From contig OZ024740.1 in assembly GCA_964016885.1 (NCBI GenBank), forward strand, positions 6,324,001-6,388,000: a DNA stretch of 64,000 bases, given 5' to 3'. Source of the stretch: Eledone cirrhosa. Lineage: Eukaryota. The position numbers and the translations under genes are program-made. This document shows, piece by piece, positions 55,401 through 64,000 of this stretch. The notes beneath the pieces are model-generated. The model had not been told where the DNA came from, ran no database searches, and worked only from the letters and a program-made list of their open reading frames with translations. The first letter of the stretch is position 1. The number at the start of each line of letters is the position of its first letter.

Positions 55401-58400
55401 GCCACTACATGTTGTAGTGTGGTTGGTAATAGGAAGGGTATCTAGCCATAGAAACACAGCCACTACATGTTGTAGTGTGGTTGGCAATAGGAAGAGTATC
55501 TAGCCATAGAAACACAGCCACTACATGTTGTAGTGTGGTTGGTAATAGGAAGGGTATCTAGCCATAGAAACACAGCCACTACATGTTGTAGTGTGGTTGG
55601 TAATAGGAAGGGTATCTAGCCATAGAAACACAGCCACTACATGTTGTAGTGTGGCTGGTAATAGGAAGGGTATCTAGCCATTGAAACACAGCCACTACAT
55701 GTTGTAGTGTGGTTGGTAATAGGAAGGATATCTAGCCATAGAAACACAGCCACTACATGTTGTAGTGTGGTTGGTAATAGAAAGGGTATCTAGCCATTGG
55801 AACACAGCCACTACATCTTGTAGTGTGGTTGGTAATAGGAAGGGTATCTAGCTATAGAAACACAGCCACTACATGTTGTAGTGTGGTTGGTAATAGGAAG
55901 GGTATCTAGCCATAGAAACACAGCCACTACATGTTGTAGTGTGGCTGGTAATAGGAAGGGTATCTAACCATAGAAACACAGCCACTACATGTTGTAGTGT
56001 GGTTGGTAATAGGAAGGGTATCTAGCCATAGGAACACAGCCACTACATGTTGTAGTGTGGTTTGTAATAGGAAGGGTATCTAACCATGGTAATACAGCCA
56101 CTACTTGTTGTAGTGTGGTTGGTAATAGGAAGGGTATCTAGCAATAGAAACACTGCCAGTACATGTTGTAGTGTGGTTGGTAATAGGAAGGGTATCTAGC
56201 CATTGGAACACAGCCACTACATGTTGTAGTGTGGTTGGTAATAGGAAGGGTATCTAGCCATAGAAACACAGCCACTACATGTTGTAGTGTGGTTGGTAAT
56301 AGGAAGGGTATCTAGCCATAGTAATACAGCCACTACATGTTGTAGTGTGGTTGGTAATAGGAAGGGTATCTAGCAATAGAAACACTGCCAGTACATGTTG
56401 TAGTGTCGTTGGTAATAGGATGGGTATCTAGCAATAGAAACACTGCCAGTACATGTTGTAGTGTGGTTGGTAATAGGAAGGGTAACTAGCAATAGAAACA
56501 CTGCCAGTACATGTTGTAGTGTGGTTGGTAATAGGAAGGGTATCTAGCAATAGAAACACTGCCAGTACATGTTGTAGTGTGGTTGGTAATAGGAAGGGTA
56601 TCTAGCCATAGAAACACAGCCACTACATGTTGTAGTGTGGTTGGTAATAGGAAGGGTATCTAACCATAGAAACACTGCCAGTACATGTTGTAGTGTGGTT
56701 GGTAATAGGAAGGGTATCTAACCATAGAAACACTGCCAGTACATGTTGTAGTGTGGTTGGTAATAGGAAGGGTATCTAGCCTTGGAAACACAGCCACTAC
56801 ATGTTGTATTGTTGTTGGTAATAGGAAGGGTATCTAGCCATAGAAACACAACCACTACATGTATTAGTGTGGTTGGTAATAGGAAGGGTATCTAGCCATA
56901 GAAACACAGCCACTACATGTTGTAGTGTGGTTGGTAATAGGAAGGGCATCTAGCGATAGAAACACAGCCACTACATGTTGTAGTGTGGTTGGTAATAGGA
57001 AGGGCATCTAGCCATAGAAACACAGCCACTACATGTTGTAGTGTGGGTGGTAATAGGAAGGGTATCTAGCCATTGAAACACAGCCACTACATGTTGTAGT
57101 GTGGCTGGTAATAGGAAGGGTATCTAACCATTGAAACACTGCCAGTAGATGTTGTAGTGTGGTTGGTAATAGGAAGGGTATCTAACCATTGAAACACTGC
57201 CAGTAGATGTTGTAGTGTGGTTGGTAATAGGAAGGGTATCTAGCCATAGAAACACAGCCACTACATGTTGTAGACTGGTTGGTAATAGGAAGGGTATCTA
57301 GCCATAGAAACACAGCCACTACATGTTGTAGTCTGGTTTGTAATAGGAAGGGTATCTAGCCATAGAAACACAGCCACTACATGTTGTAGTGTGGCTGGTA
57401 ATAGGAAGGGTATCTAGCCATAGAAACACAGCCACTACCTGTTGTAGTGTGGTTGGTAATAGGAAGGGTATCTAGCCATAGAAACACAGCCACTACATGT
57501 TGTAGTGTGGTTGGTAATTGTAGGAGTATCTAGCCATTGAAACACAGCCACTACATGTTGTAGTGTGGTTGGTAATAGGAAGGGTATCTAGCCATAGAAA
57601 CACAGCCACTACATGTTGTAGTGTGGTTGGTAATAAGAAGGGTATCTAGCCATTGAAACACAGCCACTACATGTTGTAGTGTGGCTGGTAATAGGAAGGG
57701 TATCTAACCATAGAAACACAGCCACTACATGTTGTATTGTTGTTGGTAATAGGAAGGGTATCTAGCCATAGAAACACAGCCACTACATGTTGTAGTGTGG
57801 CTGGTAATAGGAAGGGTATCTAGCCTTGGAAACACAGCCACTACATGTTGTATTGTTGTTGGTAATAGGAAGGTTATCTAGCCATAGAAACACAACCACT
57901 ACATGTTGTAGTGTGGTTGGTAATAGGAAGGGTATCTAGCCATAGAAACACAGCCACTACATGTTGTAGTGTGGTTGATAAAAGGAATGGCATCTAGCGA
58001 TAGAAACACAGCCACTACATGTTGTGTGGTTGGTAATAGGAAGGGCATCTAGCCATAGAAACACAGCCACTACATGTTGTAGTGTGGTTGGTAATAGGAA
58101 GGGCATCGAGCCATAGAAACACAGCCACTACATGTTGTAGTGTGGTTGGTAATAGGAAGGGTATCTAGCCATAGAAACACAGCCACTACATGTTGTAGTG
58201 CGGTTGGTAATAGGAAGGGTATCTAGCCATTGAAACACAGCCACTACATGTTGTAGTGTGGCTGGTAATAGGAAGGGTATCTAACCATAGAAACACTGCC
58301 AGTAGATGTTGTAGTGTGGTTGGCAATAGGAAGGGTATCTAGCCATAGAAAGACAGCCACTACATGTTGTAGTGTGGTTGGTAATAGGAAGGGTATCTAG

Positions 58401-61400
58401 CCATAGAAACACAGCCACTACATGTTGTAGTGTGGTTGGTAATAGGAAGGGTATCTAGCCATAGAAACACAGCCACTACATGTTGTAGAGTGGCTGGTAA
58501 TAGGAAGGGTATCTAGCCATTGAAACACAGCCACTACATGTTGTAGTGTGGTTGGTAATAGGAAGGATATCTAGCCATAGAAACACAGCCACTACATGTT
58601 GTAGTGTGGTTGGTAATAGGAAGGGTATCTAGCCATTGGAACACAGCCACTACATGTTGTAGTGTGGTTGGTAATAGGAAGGGTATCTAGCCATAGAAAC
58701 ACAGCCACTACATGTTGTAGTGTGGTTGGTAATAGGAAGGGTATCTAGCCATAGAAACACAGCCACTACATGTTGTAGTGTGGCTGGTAATAGGAAGGGT
58801 ATCTAACCATAGAAACACAGCCACTACATGTTGTAGTGTGGTTTGTAATAGGAAGGGTATCTAGCCATTGGAACACAGCCACTACATGTTGTAGTGTGGT
58901 TTGTAATAGGAAGGGTATCTAGCCATAGAAACACAGCCATTACATGTTGTAGTGTGGTTGGTAATATGAAGGTTATCTATGGCTAGATACCCTTCCTATT
59001 ACCAACCACACTACAACATGTAGTGGCTGTGTTTCTTTGGCTAGATACCCTTCCTATTACCAACCACACTACAGCATGTAGTGGCTGTTTATCTATGGCT
59101 AGATACCCTTCCTATTACCAACCACACTACAACATGTACTGGATGTGTTTCTATGGCTAGATACCCTTCCTATTACCAACCACACTACAACATGTACTGG
59201 CAGTGTTTCTATGGCTAGATACCCTTCCTATTACCAACCACACTACAACATGTACTGGCTGTGTTTCTATGGCTAGATACCCTTCCTATTATCAACACAC
59301 TACAACATGTACTGGCTGTGTTTCTATGGCAACATACCCTTTGTATTAACAACCACACTTCAACATGTACTGGCAGTGTTTTTATGGCTAGATACCCTTC
59401 CTATTACCAACCACACTCCAACATGTACTGGCTGTGTTTCTATGATAATAGGAATGGTATCTAGCAATAGAAACATTGCCGGTACATGTTGTAGTGTGGT
59501 TGGTAATAGGAAGGGTATCTAGCCATAGAAACACAGCCACTACATGTTGTAGTGTGGTTGGTAATAGGAAGGGTATCTAGCCTTGGAAACACAGCCACTA
59601 CATGTTGTATTGTTGTTGGTAATAGGAAGGGCATCTAGCGATAGAAACACAACCACTACATGTATTAGTGTGGTTGGTAATAGGAAGGGTATCTAGCCAT
59701 AGAAACACAGCCACTACATGTTGTAGTGTGGTTGGTAATAGGAAGGGTATCTAGCCATAGAAACACAGCCACTACATGTTGTAGTGTGGTTGGTAATAGG
59801 AAGGGTATCTAGCCATAGAAACACAGCCACTACATGTTGTAGTGTGGTTGGTAATAGGAAGGGTATCTAGCCATAGAAACACAGCCACTACATGTTGTAA
59901 TCTGGTTGGTAATAGGAAGGGTATCTAGCCATAGAAACACAGCCACTACATGTTGTAGTGTGGCTGGTAATAGGAAGGGTATCTAGCCATAGAAACACAG
60001 CCACTACCTGATGTAGTGTGGTTGGTAATAGGAAGGGTATCTAGCCATTGAAACACAGCCACTACATGTTGTAGTGTGGTTGGTAATAGGAAGGATATCT
60101 AGCCATAGAAACACAGCCACTACATGTTGTAGTGTGGTTGGTAATAGGAAGGGTATCTAGCCATTGGAACACAGCCACTACATGTTGTAGTGTGGTTGGT
60201 AATAGGAAGGGTATCTAGCCATAGAAACACAGCCACTACATGTTGTAGTGTGGTTGGTAATAGGAAGGGTATCTAGCCATAGAAACACAGCCACTACATG
60301 TTGTAGTGTGGCTGGTAATAGGAAGGGTATCTAACCATAGAAACACAGCCACTACATGTTGTAGTGTGGTTTGTAATAGGAAGGGTATCTAGCCATTGGA
60401 ACACAGCCACTACATGTTGTAGTGTGGTTTGTAATAGGAAGGGTATCTAGCCATAGAAACACAGCCATTACATGTTGTAGTGTGGTTGGTAATATGAAGG
60501 TTATCTATGGCTAGATACCCTTCCTATTACCAACCACACTACAACATGTAGTGGCTGTGTTTCTTTGGCTAGATACCCTTCCTATTACCAACCACACTAC
60601 AGCATGTAGTGGCTGTTTATCTATGGCTAGATACCCTTCCTATTACCAACCACACTACAACATGTACTGGATGTGTTTCTATGGCTAGATACCCTTCCTA
60701 TTACCAACCACACTACAACATGTACTGGCAGTGTTTCTATGGCTAGATACCCTTCCTATTACCAACCACACTACAACATGTACTGGCTGTGTTTCTATGG
60801 CTAGATACCCTTCCTATTATCAACACACTACAACATGTACTGGCTGTGTTTCTATGGCAACATACCCTTTGTATTAACAACCACACTTCAACATGTACTG
60901 GCAGTGTTTTTATGGCTAGATACCCTTCCTATTACCAACCACACTCCAACATGTACTGGCTGTGTTTCTATGATAATAGGAATGGTATCTAGCAATAGAA
61001 ACATTGCCGGTACATGTTGTAGTGTGGTTGGTAATAGGAAGGGTATCTAGCCATAGAAACACAGCCACTACATGTTGTAGTGTGGTTGGTAATAGGAAGG
61101 GTATCTAGCCTTGGAAACACAGCCACTACATGTTGTATTGTTGTTGGTAATAGGAAGGGCATCTAGCGATAGAAACACAACCACTACATGTATTAGTGTG
61201 GTTGGTAATAGGAAGGGTATCTAGCCATAGAAACACAGCCACTACATGTTGTAGTGTGGTTGGTAATAGGAAGGGTATCTAGCCATAGAAACACAGCCAC
61301 TACATGTTGTAGTGTGGTTGGTAATAGGAGGGTATCTAGCCATAGAAACACAGCCACTACATGTTGTAGTGTGGTTGGTAATAGGAAGGGTATCTAGCCA

Positions 61401-63800
61401 TAGAAACACAGCCACTACATGTTGTAATCTGGTTGGTAATAGGAAGGGTATCTAGCCATAGAAACACAGCCACTACATGTTGTAGTGTGGCTGGTAATAG
61501 GAAGGGTATCTAGCCATAGAAACACAGCCACTACCTGATGTAGTGTGGTTGGTAATAGGAAGGGTATCTAGCCATAGAAACACAGCCACTACATGTTGTA
61601 GTGTGGTTGGTAATAGGAAGGATATCTAGCCATAGAAACACAGCCACTACAGTGGCTGTGTTTCTTTGGCTAGATACCCTTCCTATTACCAACCACACTA
61701 CAGCATGTAGTGGCTGTTTATCTATGGCTAGATACCCTTCCTATTACCAACCACATTACAACATGTACTGGATGTGTTTCTATGACTAGATACCCTTCCT
61801 ATTACCAACCACACTACAACATGTACTGGCAGTGTTTCTATGGCTAGATACCCTTCCTATTACCAACCACACTACAACATGTACTGGCTGTGTTTCTATG
61901 GCTAGATACCCTTCCTATTACCAACCACACTACAACATGTACTGGCTGTGTTTCTATGGCTAGATATCCTTCTTATTACCAACCACACTACAACATGTAC
62001 TGGCTGTGTTTCTATGGCTAGATACCCTTCCTATTACCAACCACACTACAACATGTACTGGCTGTGTTTCTATGGCTAGATACCCTTCCTATTACCAACC
62101 ACACTACAACATGTACTGGCTGTGTTTCTATGGCTAGATACCCTTCCTATTACCAACCACACTACAACATCAACTGGCTGTGTTTCTATGGATAGATATC
62201 CTTCTTATTACCAACCACACTACAACATGTACTGGCTGTGTTTCTATGGCTAGATACCCTTCCTATTACCAACCACACTACAACATGTACTGGCTGTGTT
62301 TCTATGGCTAGATACCCTTCCTATTACCAACCACACTACAACATGTACTGGCTTTGTTTCTATGGCTAGATACCCTTCCTATTACCAAGCACACTACAAC
62401 ATGTACTCGCTGTGTTTCTATAGCTAGATACCCTTCCTATTACCAACCACACTACAACATGTACTGGATGTGTTTCTATGGCTAGATACCCTTCCTATTA
62501 CCAACCACACTACAACATGTAGTGGCTGTGTTTCTTTGGCTAGATACCCTTCCTATTACCAACCACACTACAGCATGTAGTGGCTGTTTATCTATGGCTA
62601 GATACCCTTCCTATTACCAACCACACTACAACATGTACTGGCTTTGTTTCTATGGCTAGATACCCTTCCTATTACCAACCACACTACAGCATATAGTGGC
62701 TGTTTATCTATGGCTAGATACCCTTCCTATTACCAACCACACTACAACATGTACTGGATGTGTTTCTATGGCTAGATACCCTTCCTATTACCAACCACAC
62801 TACAACATGTAGTGGCTGTGTTTCTTTGGCTTGATACCCTTCCTATTACCAACCACACTACAGCATGTAGAGGCTGTTTATCTATGGCAAAATACCCTTC
62901 CTATTACCAACCACACTACAACATGTACTGGCTGTGTTTCTATGGCTAGATGCCCTTCCTATTACCAACCACACTACAACATGTACTGGCTGTGTTTCTA
63001 TGGCTAGATACCCTTCCTATTACCAACCACACTACAACATGTACTGGCTTTGTTTCTATGGCTAGATACCCTTCCTATTACCAACCACACTACAACATGT
63101 ACTTGCTGTGTTTCTATAGCTACATACCCTTCCTATTACCAACCACACTACAACATGTATTGGCTGTGTTTCTATGCCGAGATACCCTTCCTATTACCAA
63201 CCACACTACAACATGTAGTGGCTGTGTTTCTATGGCTAGATATCCTTCTTATTACCAACCACAACAACATGTACTGGCTGTGTTTCTATGGCTAGATATC
63301 CTTCTTATTACCAACCACACTACAACATGTAGTGGCTGTGTTTCTATGGCTAGATATCCTTCTTATTACCAACCACACTACAACATGTACTGGCTGTGTT
63401 TCTATGGCTAGATATCCTTCTTATTACCAACCACACTACAACATGTAGTGGCTGTGTTTCTATGGCTAGATATCCTTCTTATTACCAACCACACTACAAC
63501 ATGTAGTGGCTGTGTTTCTATGGCTAGATATTCTTCCTATTACCAACCACACTACAACATGTAGTGGCTGTGTTTCTATGGCTAGATATCCTTCTTATTA
63601 CCAACCACACTACAACATGTACTGGCTGTGTTTCTATGGCTAGATATCCTTCCTATTACCAACCACACTACAACATGTAGTGGCTGTGTTTCTATGGCTA
63701 GATACCCTTCCTATTACCAACCACACTACAACATGTACTGGCAGTGTTTCTATGGCTAGATACCCTTCCTATTACCAACCACTCTACAACATGTACTCGC
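46421..63800. repeat. 58-bp tandem satellite (TTTCTATGGCTAGATACCCTTCCTATTACCAACCACACTACAACATGTA(CT/GT)GGCTGTG), ~300 monomers in 13 alternating-orientation blocks
   Basis: 58-bp period read directly. Strand switches at ~46545, 47515, 49401, 49849, 51040, 53859, 54790, 58979, 59444, 60507, 60972 and 61649. Confidence 0.99.
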
Positions 63801-64000
63801 TCTGTTTCCTTTGTAGATCTCCAACATATACATATTTGTTGTTACTGAAATGCTCATTAAATTCAATTAGTGTCTCTGACTCCTTAACATCAACACGTGA
63901 TCCAGATAAACTATTAGGGACTAATATGCCCCTAAATTATATTCTCTATCTTGTTTTCTCCCAGGCATCTGAACGAGGAGGACAGTTTTATCTCTGCGAA

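Noticed and set aside
47891-63411. ORFs repeating MARYPSYYQPHYNMYW
   Set aside because: Translations of the 58-bp satellite with frequent stops; they appear on whichever strand the block faces.
63965-64000. Acceptor-like ttgttttctcccag| as the next kinesin exon
   Set aside because: The required phase-1 frame hits TGA immediately (G|GC ATC TGA). The other frames show no kinesin motif, and only 36 nt are visible.

Overview
AT-rich, microsatellite-dense animal DNA. The SINE, RTE and Penelope repertoire looks cephalopod (Octopus-like); this is an inference. Two large satellite arrays flank about 17 kb of transposon debris. The first is a 32-bp satellite (1-~28840, ~900 monomers, runs off the left edge) with higher-order duplications. 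The second is a 58-bp satellite (~46420-63800, ~300 monomers) that switches strand 12 times. The middle region holds two phase-compatible + strand exons of a KIF25-like kinesin motor domain (30971-31176, 41845-41964), so both satellites are probably intronic. It also holds decayed mariner, Penelope, RTE and Tx1-like elements, tRNA-derived SINEs and a Tc1/mariner-type MITE. Main observations: (1) the 58-bp monomer is an amplified piece of the RTE 3'UTR, and local progenitor copies and young tandem duplications of the same segment are visible; (2) its 12 inversion points are copies of only five junction types, three of them fold-back palindromes; (3) each 32-bp monomer reads in the host sense direction as a complete 3' splice-site module (branch point, pyrimidine tract, CAG). 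The long satellite ORFs are judged artefacts.
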